Part shown: positions 1 through 13,663 of the stretch, one piece after another
Layout: every line of letters starts with the position of its first letter
Numbering within the stretch: position 1 is the stretch's first letter
Source: Epiperipatus broadwayi
Taxonomy: Eukaryota; Animalia; Onychophora
Direction: 5' to 3'
Assembly (NCBI GenBank): GCA_028023455.1
Contig: JAQFVV010000008.1
Location: forward strand, 13,516,001-13,580,000
DNA: 64,000 nucleotides
Translations under genes and position numbers: made by a program
The notes under the pieces: generated by a model
The model's input: only the letters and a program-made list of their open reading frames with translations
Told to the model about the DNA's origin: nothing
Databases searched by the model: none

Positions 1-347
1 AAGGGTTAACAGTATATAATAATCACAAAGTTTATTTGAAAAAAATGTAAATAATTTATTATCAATGTATAAACAGTTTTCATGCTTATTTTTTTATTGT
101 TAATAAAGTTATTTAACCTAATGTTCATATGTGTTTGTTGTTTATTAGTATTATTGTAAACAAATGACCATTTTGATTTAAACTTTGTAGTATTAATTTC
201 ATTCTGTCTGAGAGTCATTTCTATCACAAGGTCATATCAATAAAGCACATTATCCACATTGAATTATACATATATTTTGATTACATGCTTTATTGGAGGA
301 GTTATATTTAATATTTTATAATTAAAACATTAACTATTGTTTTAGAT

Positions 348-532
348 CAGCGGTTCTCAACCTGTGGGTCGTGACCTCTTTGAGGGTCAAACAACCCTTT
401 CCAGGGGTTGCCTAAGATCATTGGAAATTACAGTTATGAAGTAACAACAAAAATAATTTTAAGGTTGGGGGTCACAACAATATGAGGAACTGTATTAAAG
501 GGTCATGGCATTAGGAAGGTTGAGAATCACTG
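348..532. mobile_element. SPIN (Space Invader)/URR1-like hAT MITE, internally deleted
   Basis: TIRs CAGCGGTTCTCAACCT ... AGGTTGAGAATCACTG. Near-perfect 8-bp TSD ttttagat (340-347) / ctttagat (533-540) with the central TA typical of Buster/SPIN hATs. The internal sequence follows the SPIN/URR1 consensus as I recall it almost base for base. Confidence 0.88.
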
Positions 533-619
533 CTTTAGATTATAACTATATTAAAGAAAGCTTATGGTACTTTATATTTTTATTAGATGCAAAAGAATTT
601 TGAAGAGCTATATGAAAAA

Positions 620-1480
620 TACTATTAAATATTACAAAATGGAGAGCATATAATAGAAATTAATAATATGTTTGAGAGTCACATTCTAATTTTGTAATTT
701 AAGTTGAAACAAGTTATATCATAATTTAAAAATATATAATTTCAGAGTAAAAGTTACTAAACAAATATATTGTAAGGTTTGTAATTCTGAAGGAGTTAAT
801 TATAGTGGGTGAATGCTAACTAAGATATGTATTTTACTGAATTAGACTTGGTAGATAATAATGTGATGAGGCTATGATTATAAGACAATAAGTATTCTAG
901 AATAGTAATTGTTAACATAAGTATTAGAATAAATCTTAAGAAAAGTAGATTAAATTATTTAAGGGAAGATAATGAGTAGATAATAAGTGTTAATTTCTAT
1001 ATCTTATTATTATAGTTAGATTAAGTTTCCAATAGATTAATCAAGGTTTGTAAGAGGATGTTTTTATTAAATGATTGGATCCCAGTAAAAACCCTCTTAC
1101 AATTCAATTATCAATCTGTTATATTGGATTTTAGAATAGTATACTTGTGATCCCTGAGATAGCCATAGGATAGCATCAATTATTTTAAGTTAATGTAATT
1201 TGGTTAATGTTTTTATTTTTAGGATTCTTAAATTGTAGAAGTTATTTCATTATTTAAATGAAATATTGTTAGTCGTTGCTTGTTGTGGGAGTTTTTCTAA
1301 TTATTATAATAGGATAGTAGCAGGAAAATTGTCACAATAGCATTGCCATTGTGGAGTGTATTTTATATAGTTCTCAATGTTAAAACCACTCTCTTATAAT
1401 CGTCCCTAAAGTCAATCTTATGTTTTAATATTTAGCAAGTTTCAAGCCCCATAAAGTCTTATACTTTATTATTATTTGAT
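620..1480 (-). pseudogene. Heavily decayed 3' fragment of a non-LTR retrotransposon (possibly I-group)
   Basis: Minus-strand remnants resembling the C-terminal 'T-x-K-H-I-(I/L)' zinc-knuckle region; many stops. Weak evidence. Confidence 0.3.
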
Positions 1481-1949
1481 GGTTTATTATTGAACTAGTA
1501 TAATAGGGGTACAATAAAGAAGGCAGAATAAGGTAGAGAGGTGTGTTGGAAGAACCGGAAGGGAAGGTTACAATATATATATACACCTTGTATTTATATA
1601 AGTGCTATGTTTTTCTGATTCAATATGAATCTTTAGCATCTAACTATTTAGATAAGTATTTATCAATTTGACTCCTTATTAGTTTGTAATACCATAATTA
1701 TTTATATATAACGCATAATTCTCTGATTCAATGTAAATTCTTAGCAGTTTGTGATTCTATAATTATTCATATAATAAAAGCTTATCTGATTTATTAAAAA
1801 TTCTTGGCAATTTGTAATAACTATTTATACACAGTATAAGTAATTTTCCAACTCAATGTGAATCTTTGATAGTTTGTAATTCTGAAATTATACATATAAC
1901 AAGTGCTTATATTGTCAATAGGGTGTAAATCATTTTTCTATTCTCTACT

Positions 1950-2700
1950 ATTTTTGATAATAAAAAAGTAGCATTTTATGAATTAGGAGACATTTTGGAA
2001 ATCATTTTTTTTTTGGCTGAATAAACTATAAACAATGATGGAATCTTTCAGACAGTTACAGATTTTCAATATTAAGATCTTTGTTATCATTTAATACGAC
2101 CACTCAAAATTTAATTAAGCTAAAGACTGATAAAATATATTTCTAATATCAAGTCATCAACTTTCTTAATCTCCATGGTAAATTTTATCTGACTGTAATA
2201 ACTATAATGATCAATTAAAGAAACGATAACGTTAGTAAAAGTTGTCTTCTATATAAAAACAATTCTAAATAATTCAATGAAAATTTCACATCATTTCCGG
2301 ATTCTATTTTGGATATTTTGCATCCACGTTATTTCTCATCTTCCTTCATATACAGATATAAAATAACTGTACTATTTTATTGTTCTTGAAATTAATAATT
2401 CATATAGAATATTCATTTTAAAGTATGATAATAGAATTAATGGTGTAAAAAATGTAGATATCAAAATCATTTTTAGAATACTGCATTGTTGTTGCAAATA
2501 AATCAACATCTAAATTTCTAAATAACAATTAGTTGTTAATAGGTACCCTCAAGAAAGATCTGTTAAAACTTTTAAATTATCATTATTTTTATAAAAGTCA
2601 AATTTCAATCTTTTTATATTTATCTCGAATTATATTAAAATATACTGTGCATGATTTGGTGAAATAGTAATAACAGACCCAGGCTTAAGTTCCAGAGAAT
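1950..2700 (-). pseudogene. Possible decayed Penelope-like reverse transcriptase fragment
   Basis: Minus-strand peptide ...YSQIKFTMEIKK... (about 2165-2200) resembles the Penelope RT motif (H)PxIKFTME. The surrounding frames are broken. Confidence 0.3.
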
Positions 2701-5604
2701 GTAGCCCACTTCTATCACTCTGATGCTAGAACTTCATATGAATTTTCAAGGAACAATTTTTTTTATTTATTTATACAAATCTATGTTTATTCAAGTATTG
2801 ATTTTTTTATGCCACATAATTTTCTTATCCATAAAATAAAGTTTAATGTTATAAACATTAAACTACATTTGAGTTGTTTTGAGGCAATAACTCAATAAAT
2901 GCTATTATATTAGATAATGTATATAATGGAGTCAGTTAACCAGTAAAGACAGATAGAAAAAAACCAAAGTGGGAAATTATATATATAAAGATAGTAGCAT
3001 TCTCAAAGCTAAAGAAGAAAAGTATAAGAATATAATGATTAAACAGTAGGATGGTAATAGTAATTACCAATGAAGCAATTATATAATTGAAATTTATATC
3101 TAGAGGCAATAAACAAAATCAGTATCATTTTGCATAGCAATTCAATGCCACTTAGAAAATTTATTAGAATTTACTTTGGCATTAATAAACATTTAGAAAA
3201 GATAATAATAAATAAATAATAACATTTGATTACACTTTTTACAGTGTCTAAGAAATGATCTCAATCAAATTCCTAAAAAGATCCCGAGACATGCAATGAA
3301 ATAATATGCACAAAAGTTAAAGAATAACATAAGAATAAATTTTTAATGATAACAGATGAAAAAAAAAAATATGAAAAAATGGAAGATATAAATGCATCTA
3401 ATAAAGTTGATAAAAAATGAACAATCAAAAAATGAAAAGTTAAAAATAATTCTTCTAGTTCTGGATTTCAAAAAATTTAATATCAAATACAAATTAATTT
3501 TGAGAATAAGACATGAAACAAAACAATGTACAAGTAATATATAATTTTATTGCAGAAGAAAAAAATTTTTTTTTGGGAGGATATAGAATATTTCTCTTCA
3601 GATAGATGAGAATATTATACTACTAAAAATATGGTTGATGTTATTATAAAATCTTTCAATAATGGCATTAATAATAATAAAACACATGAAGTAAAACGAA
3701 TAAGAAAATCCAACCATCTTTGATATGAAAATAATTAAATGTTTACTCTCTCTAAAGTTCATAGTTCAAGAATCATAATTGGTAGAGCTTCAATTTAGAA
3801 TATTTTAAGTTCTTGGACTGTTATTTTAACATGGCACTAAAATGGACAAAAACATCACCTCTGATGATAATTTTGATTCCAAATATGAAGAAGAAAATAG
3901 CTCACATCTAATATAAAGACTGAAGAGGATAATAAAGATGATCATATTTTATAGAAATTTTAAATCAAAGTTAAAAATATTTAATTGTGCTGATGCATCA
4001 ATAAATGTATTAAATACTGTGTAGTTAAAAGAGAGCAAAATAACAATGATATAAGTAGTTATATAGAGGAAGGTGAGATGAAACTGTTGGACATATAGGC
4101 AGTAAATTGAAAACAAAAAAAAAACACATTTAATAGATAAAATGGAAGTAAAATAATAGATTTATGTTATTAAAATACAAGCTCAAGAAATAACTTATGA
4201 ACTGATGTGAATAGGGTCTAAAGATAAAAATAAGTAAGACCAGACCATGAATATCCTAAGTCAACATTCATTGAAATGATATTTAAAACCATATATAAAA
4301 TAATAAAATATCAAATGAAAAATCCATGTAGATAATGAATAAATTGTTTATAACTTAACCAAACAATAGGTATATTTAAATTAAATACTGAGAAGCCAGC
4401 AAAAGTAGAGACAACCTTTACAATTTAGAGATTCTTTGCACTTCTGTTGGCACTGGTTAACAATAATCCATATATTTCATTGCAAAATAAATTTATTTTA
4501 AATAAAATACAGAAACTAAAATAGCAGAATTCATGAATTAAATTATTAAAGATTATATTAAAAACATAAAACGGTTTGTACAAAAAAAATCAGTCAATAA
4601 GAATAAAATAAAAAATTACACATATTAAGAATATATATTTACTAGGTTCACTGAAAAATTTGTATTTTTTAAAATCCATAATGTAGGATATTGTATATGA
4701 CATATTTTATAATTACATATAAAAATGTATGCATAGATAAGCACTAATTGTATGATACATTTGAATATTGTAGCTCTAATTATGATTGCTGGTCTGTTGA
4801 AACTGTAAGCAAATTAATGACAGTGTAAATGCTGTTAATCCAGTATATCATAATATAAGATGTCAATTCATTGTGTTTCTAAATTTTCTTGTGAGATTAA
4901 GATTGTCTATTGAGAAAAACTAATGAACCAAGCCATTATCTGTAGTGGAAAAGATATGAAGAAATTAATAAAATGAAATGGTGAAATATATTTTAATTCA
5001 AACTACAATATCACCAGATGCCATTACTGAGGAAAGTTACATATACTTTGTTTTCAATTCCCTTTCAAGGTTTAAAAAGCTCTATTTTCAGATGGCTATA
5101 TGAATTTATAGAAAAATATTTGAGTGTTTATATATTGCCAAAAAAAAAAAAGTTAAATAAAATCCTGAGAACTAATATGTCACTAGAACCATCATCATAA
5201 AAAAGTTATGAGCTCTGATACTCATGTTTTCTTTTCCAACTCATTTTAATTTGATCTATCCATTGCAAACAAACTCTATACTATTTTTTAATGTCATTTA
5301 TTTATCTTCTATAGAATTTTGTGTCCAATCATCATTCATTCAAGCCACACAACTATGATTTTCTTTAATATAATTTCTAATTTATTTTTTATACAATATT
5401 TCACTGGAAACTTTTAGCTACCGACCAATTCTTAATGACTTCTTATAGCATATTTTTTTGAAATATAAAGATTGTTTTGTTATCACCATGTTTCACAAAT
5501 GTATAATATATTAGTTAATATACATATATTCAATATATGTAATTAGACCAATAGAGCAAAACTACATTTTGTTTTATAAAGAAGTTAGTTTCCTTGGTGT
5601 AATC

Positions 5605-8362
5605 CAATGGTGGTGAACCTTTTTATGTGTGCGTGCCAAAAATTTCCCAAAAATATTTATTGAATGATTGGCATGCCATACAGTTATTAAATCAAAATAT
5701 AATCAGCTTAATTATTGCAGTTTTTTAAAAGATTATAAAATAAAATAATAACAATAATATTTAAACAAAATGTCTAAAGCTAAATACAAGTGAATGATAT
5801 TTATTTAGAAGAGCACAAATTGAATAAAATGTAATAGTAAAAAATTATTAGTAATTAAAACAAAATTTTGGAAATAAACATATAAAATCAACATAAATAG
5901 ATATTATTTAATGATTTTTGCTGTTGTACATTGGATGCCAAATATTTTATATATGGTTCATATTTTGTCATTTTTAATAATGTACATGCTGAATTAGATT
6001 CATCTGTCACTCTATTTCTCAAACTGAGTTTAATTAAATTTGTTTCTGAAAACAATGATTCACATGCACATGTAAAAGAAAAAATTGATAATATAGCGGT
6101 CGCTAATTTTTTTTAAACAATTATATGTTTCAGGAATAGCATTCCAGGCAGTCAATAGTTCCTCTTCAGCATTCTTTTTACATATATCCAATAATCGATC
6201 ATTTTTCATTGTTTCTAACTCATTCCTCAAGTCAACAAATTTCTGTTTCCATACAGAACTAGATTGAAAATCAACTGATTGCATTTCCATAACTTTCAAA
6301 TTAAGCCACTCAAAAATTTCTAACCTGACACTATCCATTGATGTTATGTCTGGGTATAAAATAAATTTTTGATATTTCTGAAAATTGTCTGAACTGTGTA
6401 AATCTTAAAGAAAATTAATCAATTATCGATTGAATAACAGCACAAAAGTCTTGCATCAATTTTACTTGATCTGGTTTCTCATGAGATTCTAAATCAGTCA
6501 AGAACTTTTTTAGATTTGGAAAATATTTGAAGGTGTAAGAAATAACATCACAGTTGAAAATTTGTAATTTAACTTCAAATGCTTTGATCAAATCAAACAT
6601 GACAACAATTGTCTTTTATAACCTTGCAGTTTCACATTTAATTCATTTAGATGTGAACACATATCAGTAAAAAACATTAATTTTGAAAGCCATTCAACAT
6701 CCATTAATTCATTATATTTTTCAATGATTTTCTCATTATGTAAAAACAGTCTAATTTCTTTTAAACACTCAATGAATCTTTGAAGAACTTTTCCTCAACT
6801 TAACCATGGACATTGTTGTACATAAGTAAACCATAGTATATTGAGTTTATCTCATTCAATGTGTAGATATAAAATTGATTAACTTAGTCACAATGTTCAT
6901 AACATCATCCAGTGACTTAAAGCTGGACTTCATGCATAAAACCTGCTGATGTATAATGCAATGAAAACCCAAAATTGAATGTCCAATATGGTTGGTAAAT
7001 AAAGTGAGAAAACTATTTTCTTTTCCAGTCATAAGCACCATCTGTAGTTACTGATACAATTTTGGCAACATCTATGTTGCAAATATCTATTCCTTTTGTT
7101 GTTGTTACTAATGAGGTTAAACTGATCAATTCTTCTTTGATATTATTCCCAACACAATAGCGAATAAAAATAGCCAAACAAGCTGATCCATTTATGTCTG
7201 TACTTTCATCAAGGCAGAGAGAAATTAAACTAGATTTTATATCTCTTTTTTGTTGGTAAGTTATGTTGTTAGCCATTTGCAGGATTCTTTCTTTAACTGT
7301 ATTTCTAGCCAATAATAAATCTTTTATGCTCTGAATAATTTTTGCTTTGTTTTCAAAATCTCCAAAAAGAACTGGTGCATATTTCATCCAAGCTTTTTTC
7401 ATATATTCTCCATCATTAAAAGGTTTTCCCATGTTTGACAATTGCATTTGAAATAAAAAAAACTAGCAGCAGTTATATTTGAATGATTTTCAATAAATTT
7501 TATTATAGATGTTAATTGAATATTTATATTTTTAAATGCGTGGGCAATATATTCTTTTTGTTCAACTTTACTTTTTTCACAGAGCAATTTATGATTGGTC
7601 TCATAATGCCATTTTACCGATGATGTTCTCAATACAACTGTTCCAAATATAAAACACATACTATCCTGATGCCTTTGTTAATCATTCCATACTCATCAGT
7701 CCACCAATTTTGAAATTCTCTATTGCTTGATAATTTTTTTTTTTTTCACTAGTTATATTAATATAATGTTAACAAATTTATTTAAAAGTAAATTTAAATG
7801 AGCTTTTAATAATTTTATAAATAAAAGATTTATCATTTCACTTTTACAGCAAAACTTGAAGCAAAAAAAAAGAAAGCATCATTTGATGGCGTTGAATAAC
7901 GCATTTCGTTTCTTTATTCACGATTTTGATTTCTTTAAAAAAATTAATGGTGTCAACATGTTTAAATAAATAAAAAAATTAGGATAGAAAACCATTTGAT
8001 TATTTTTACTTTAGATTTTAAAAAAAAAAAACTTACTTCAAAGAGTTATATTTTACTGAGTTTATTTTCTAGTTTTATTGGAATCATTTGCCAGGTTTGT
8101 AAAAAATGATACAACAGTATACTGGTATCACTTTATTTGATTTAAAATATTATAATTTATTGCTTCTAATCAGAGTTCAATTGTAAATTGAATTCTAATA
8201 TTATATTTATTTTACCTTTCGTTTACAGTAAATTTTTATTAGTACAGATTTTAGCAACAAAAAAAATATTGAAGAAAATTATGATAAATAAATAGTTTGC
8301 ATGCCAATAAAAATTTTGAAAGAGCCATCTCTGGCATACTTTCCATAAGTTTGCCATCACTG
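5605..8362 (-). mobile_element. Decayed hAT (Buster/Charlie group; GTF2IRD2/EPM2AIP1-like) DNA transposon
   Basis: Imperfect TIRs CAATGGTGGTGAACCT (5605) and CAGTGATGGCAAACTT (reverse complement, ending 8362), 11/16 identical. Left flank gtgTAatc. Fragmented transposase over about 5930-7760 (-): zinc finger C..C..RHYETNH, LDESTD, TTDGA, FHCIIHQ (CxxH) and a C-terminal dimerisation-like region; many stops and frameshifts. Confidence 0.9.
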
Positions 8363-9927
8363 GAATCAATGAGATAAGCAGAAAACTGTCATATTGTAAT
8401 TATTCAAAATTTAATGCTTTCCAGTTCTTTATTAGGTGAAATTTTTCTATGATATGTATAACAAATACAGAAGATTAATTTATAATTTAAGTACAATAAA
8501 TAAGTTTTCATACAATTTTATTTAGATAGTTATAATGTTTGTAAAAAGTGACCAACGAATACAAGATGTTTAAAAAAATAGAGCTTTCATACCATGTGTG
8601 AAACTTATAACATTTAGATATTAATAAATCATTTTGGATATGTGTGGATGGTTAAGCAATTGGAAAGGCAAAAATCTAGAACAATTTGAAAATGATTCTT
8701 TAAGGTTTATTTTTTTCTGGTGTACATCAACTGCAAATCAAGTATTGAATTTTTTTGTAAAAAAAATAATAATAACGATATGAGAATACATATGATTGAA
8801 TATGAAAGGCAAATCAAAGTTGTCTGGCTACCAGTTCTTCATTCATGCGTTCATATTACAAAATGGGTATTAAAATTGGAGGAATTCAACCCTAAAATAA
8901 TTAATATTTGATTAAAAGAAAAAAAAAATCATTGTATTATTTTCCAGCTAGTGAAATCAACAACAGTAGAAATAATCTGCCTATAATACATATGAAATGC
9001 TGACAGACAGAAAATCACTCCTATCATAATTCTAAATTTTGATAGACAAAAAATTTTAAAGCTTGACTCATTTTACTTGAAAAGGAAAGTAAATGATAGT
9101 TGTCATTTAAATTTACTTCATTCATGTTTATGAGGCAAAAAAAAAAGCCATAACATTATCAAAGAATAAAAGAGGCAATAAAAATTAAAATATCTACATT
9201 TTCTGAGAATGAAGATTCAGTTATAATTGACATATACAGAAATCAACATTTTTTCTCCCTCTTTTAATATTATCTCAAGAGAGTAGTTAGAAAACAAAAG
9301 GAAGTTAAAATGTGTATAATGTTTTTAGTTCAATTAAATCTTGTTTTTTAAAATGATTTAAATTTCGCAATAAAATAATATGTCGAAGTAATAATCTTTT
9401 TTTTTGCCATCTTAATGAATCGTTTTTTTAGCTTAATAACTATTTTATAGAAATAATTCAACAAATCCGCATTAGTATAGTGATTGTATATTTCAGATTT
9501 AAAGTAAAGTTTGTATGCCATATTATTTTATTAATAAAATCATTTTGCAATTTTTTTTAAAGTCGATTTTATACTAATGCTAGGTGTATAAAAATCCTTA
9601 CCTTAATAAGTAATTTATCTCATTGTTATATAAAAAAAATACATGTGGTAGTTATGAAAATTAAACCACAACCTATACCCAGATATACGTACACATCCAT
9701 ATATTGAAACGCTATTTTCCATAAATAAAAATAGATGAATTTCAATTTCTTTTATTTTCTCTTTTAATATTTATTTGTATATACATATACACAGAAAAAT
9801 ACAACAATCTTATAAAGATTAAAATGGTTTTACAATTTTTGGTATTTTTAAATTATTTAATACTTCCCAAATTCTTTATTAGAAATTGGGTATGTGAATT
9901 CAGGACAAAAAGCACTAATCAATGGTT

Positions 9928-10118
9928 TCAAACATCTGGCTTATAACTTTTAGTGCATCCATTTTTTTCCAAACTCAGCAAATAATCATTTACAAGAGGA
10001 AATATTTTCCAGTTATCTGTAAGAATAGATACTATTACTCGTAGATCTTTTGGTATAAATTTCAACAATAGATGACTTGATGGTGGTATAAATATACCTA
10101 CATTGTAAATTTCTTGAC
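9928..10118 (-). CDS. AP5B1: AP-5 complex subunit beta-1, terminal coding exon
   Basis: Acceptor atatttttcag|GT at 10119/10118, phase 1. Encodes (C)QEIYNVGIFIPPSSHLLLKFIPKDLRVIVSILTDNWKIFPLVNDYLLSLEKNGCTKSYKPDV*, with TGA at 9928-9930. Matches the recalled AP5B1 C-terminus (AIHLPPDSKLLLRL...LRTDDWAVLPLAGDYL). Confidence 0.85.
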
Positions 10119-10446
10119 CTGAAAAATATTGGATATTTATTTATCTAGTTAAATAATAATATATATATCAAACATTATATTACATGTAATAAAATAAAAC
10201 TGGAAGTAATCATATAAAATTTATCACACCAATTACTAATTATATGAATACAGACAAATACGTATTAAACTACAGTGAACTTATTTGGAATCTAAAATGC
10301 CTGCAAGTTGACAAGGCTAAATATTTATTTACAATATTGTACATAATTAGTATTGGTAAATTTTATAAAGTTAATTTGCTTCATTGTATACAAGTGTGTA
10401 TTTGTGTGTGTCTAGATGGGTATTTAAAGTTCAGTATTAAGGGGTT

Positions 10447-13400
10447 CTTTGTATAAAAACCATCCACTGAAAGGAGACCCTTTGATTCCTCTTGGAGGCC
10501 TTAAAGGAACTGAGCAGGGCAAATTCCTAATGTCCACTCCATATGTTCTTGTCATTGCAGCTGTTATTACTATGTGATTATTCATATAGTATACAAACAT
10601 GGATGGGCTGCTCACCAACACGCATTAGCCAGCATGGTGAGTTTATTGGCTTTTTACCTCTGAGTTAAAGATCAAGAAACACCATGGTCTTTCTTCTCAG
10701 TTGCCTGATAAGGTAGAATGAATGTTTGTGTAAATGATAAATATTTTTCTAATACATATACACAATTATGACAGACAAAAATAAATCATGGCCCTTATTC
10801 CCAGGAGGTTGTAAAGTCACCAACCAAGGCAGCGGTTGGTGGCCAGAGGCGGAGGGTGCTAAGAATCCCGATTGCGGACCCAGGCTGCTATTTGATGATG
10901 ACTTTTTATTTAGGTACTTACAACTGCAGACCACTTTCAAGTGAAGGAAGATTGCAAGAATTAGACGAAGAACTGTCTTATATTAAATGGGACATTATTG
11001 GACTTTGTGAAGTTAGAAGAAAAGGTGAAGAGACAATTGATTTAAAAAGTGGACATGTACTCTATTATAAAGGCACAAATATTGGAAATACAAGTGCAGT
11101 AGGATTCATTATAAATAAAAAGTGGAAGAACAACATTGTGGAGATAGATGGTGTATCAGACAGAGTGGCAAGATTAGTTATACAACTTAATAGCAGATAC
11201 CAAATGCAGATAATTCAGGTTTATGCCCCAACAAGTTCTCATAGTGATGAAGTAGTAGAAGATTTTTATATGGATGTACAAAAGGCTTTTGATCAGAGTA
11301 AACAACATTTTAAAATTGTTATGGGAGACTTTAATGCTAGAATTGGTAAACAAATGAAAGATGAAAGTGCTGTAGGTAATTTTGGTTATGGTAATAAAAA
11401 TGAGAGAGGACATGTTAAAAGGAAATGGACATGGAAGCATCCAAATGAAGGTACAGCAGAATTGGATTATATTTTGACTAACAGAAAATACATATTTCAA
11501 GATTGTAATGGTCTTAATAAATTTAACACAGGAAGTGATCATCGATTAGTAAGATGTAAGATATGTGTTAATGCAAAACTAGAAAGACAAAAATTATTAA
11601 GAAAAACAATATTTACAGTTGATATTCCTAATCTTCAGAAACATTCTAATGAATTTAAATTAGAACTTACAAATCGGTTTCAAGTATTGGTAGATTTTGA
11701 ACATGATTCAGATTTGAATGAAATTAATATGAAAATAACTGATACACTTTTAAAAACTGCAACAAAGATAGCTGGTAGAAAAAAGCAGCAATTGACCAAT
11801 AAAATTTCTACTGAGACTAGAGAATTTATGAAGAAAAGAAGGAATATGAAGATATACAAAAATGATGCATTAAAAAGGATTGAATATCTTGAATTTTGTA
11901 AAATGGTACAGAAAAGAGTTGAAAATGATATAAGAAAGTATAACTGTGAACTAGCAAGGAAAGCTGTAGAAGAAAATAAAAGTCTCAAGAATGTAAAACA
12001 ACATTTTGGTATTGGTAGGAAATTTATATCTGCAATAAGAACAAAAGATGGAATTATTAATAAAAAGAGAGAAGACATTATGAAATAAGTAGAAGACTTT
12101 TATCAAGAATTATATAGTAATAAAGAACAAGTACCTCATTTCTATTACATCTTCTAAATTGCCCAGAATTTTAAATGAAGAAGTGAAACAGCAATTAAAA
12201 GTATGAAGAAAGGAAAGGCTCCAGGTAATGATGGAATTATAATTGATATATTAAAAGAAGCAGGTGAAGAAATAGAATTTTTTTTAGCAAGGTTATATAC
12301 CAAATGTCTAAATGATAAAGATGTACCAGATGATTGGAAGAATGCAGTAATAATATTAATATTTAAAAAAGGTGATAAAGAAGATATTAGAAATTACAGA
12401 CCTATCAGCCTTTTATCAGTTTTATACAAAAATTTTACCAAGATAATTACAACTCATCTACAAAGAACATTGGATTTCCACCAACCAAGGGAACAAGCTG
12501 GATTTAAAAGTGGTTTTAGTACAGTAGATCATATCCAGGTATTGAGAGAAGTTATAGAAAGGACAAATGAATATGAGTTGCCATTATGTTTTGGATTTGT
12601 AGATTATGAAAAGGCATTTGATTCTATAAACATTCCTCCAGTGATTAAAGCATTGGATCATCAAGGTATAGATCCAGGATATTGTCATATTTTAAAGAAT
12701 ATTTATAAAAATGCAACAGCAACAATTAGATTACATAATGATACTGGGAAAGTCAACATTGAGAAAGGTGTAAGACAAGGTGACTCCATATCTCCAAAAC
12801 CTTTTACAGCAGTGTTGCAAGAAGTATTTTGTGGATTAAAATGGGAAACTAAAGGAGTGAAAGTAAATGGAGATTATTTAAGTCATTTAGATTTTGCAGA
12901 TGATATAGTTGTTTTTGCAAATGCTTCAGAGCTGCAGGAAATGTTGCAGGAGTTGTCAGATGAAAATAGGAAAGTAGGACTAAAGATAAATGTTAAAAAG
13001 ACTAAAGTAATGTTTAATCGATTTGCTTAAAATATGAAAATAAAGATTGACTATGATGAATAAGAAGAAGTTAACAGTTACAAATACCTTGGTCAGATTA
13101 TTAATACAGATGGAAACATAATGGATAAAATTAATCATAGAATTAAACTTGGTTGGAGTCCTTTTGGTAGAAATAACTTGATACTAAAAGGAAATATGCC
13201 TATGGGTTTGAAAAGGAAGGTTTTTAAACAAAGGTGTTTTACCAGTTCTTACTTATCGACCTGAGATTTGGACACTTAATAGAAGAGCAATACAAAGACT
13301 ACAGACCACTCAAAGAAGTGTGGAGAGATGCATACTGGAAGTAACAAGAAGAGATCGAAAATGCAATGTATGGGTAAGAGAACAAACAGGTGTTACTGAC

Positions 13401-13663
13401 CTCATTGAAAAAATTTAAAGATTGAAATGGAGTTGGGCTGGACATATTGCTAGAAGAGATGATAATAGATGGACAATTGACATCTTAAACTGGATTCCAA
13501 GAGATTGTAAAAGACCCAGAAAGACACCACATGTGAGATGGATGGATGAAATAAGAAAGTGTGCAGGGGTGATGTGGAGAAGAGAAGCTAAAGATAGGAG
13601 AAGATGGATTAAACTTGGAGAGACCTTCATCCTGCAGTGGATTGATAATGGTTGATGATGAGG
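10447..13663 (+). mobile_element. Full-length RTE-clade LINE (APE endonuclease + RT), inactivated, antisense in the last AP5B1 intron
   Basis: ORFs 10856-12088 (LGTYNCR, IGLCEVRR, QVYAPT, GDFNA, LDYIL, SDH), 12203-13030 (KAPGNDG, YRPISLL, QAGF, FVDYEKAFD, GVRQGD, FADD) and 13422-13655 (KWSWAGHIARR). Short TGA-repeat tail. Probable TSD attaaggg(g)tt at 10436-10446 and 13664-13673. Confidence 0.93.

Noticed and set aside
10790-10885. HDV-like ribozyme near the RTE 5' region (hairpin GTCACCAACC/GGTTGGTGGC followed by GCTAA)
   Set aside because: I could not build the nested P1/P2/P3 double pseudoknot; only a simple hairpin is supported.
11174-12078. Antisense hydrophobic ORFs (also 17359-17981, 27629-28492, 30125-30671, 53961-54955)
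   Set aside because: Shadow ORFs on the opposite strand of A-rich LINE coding sequence.
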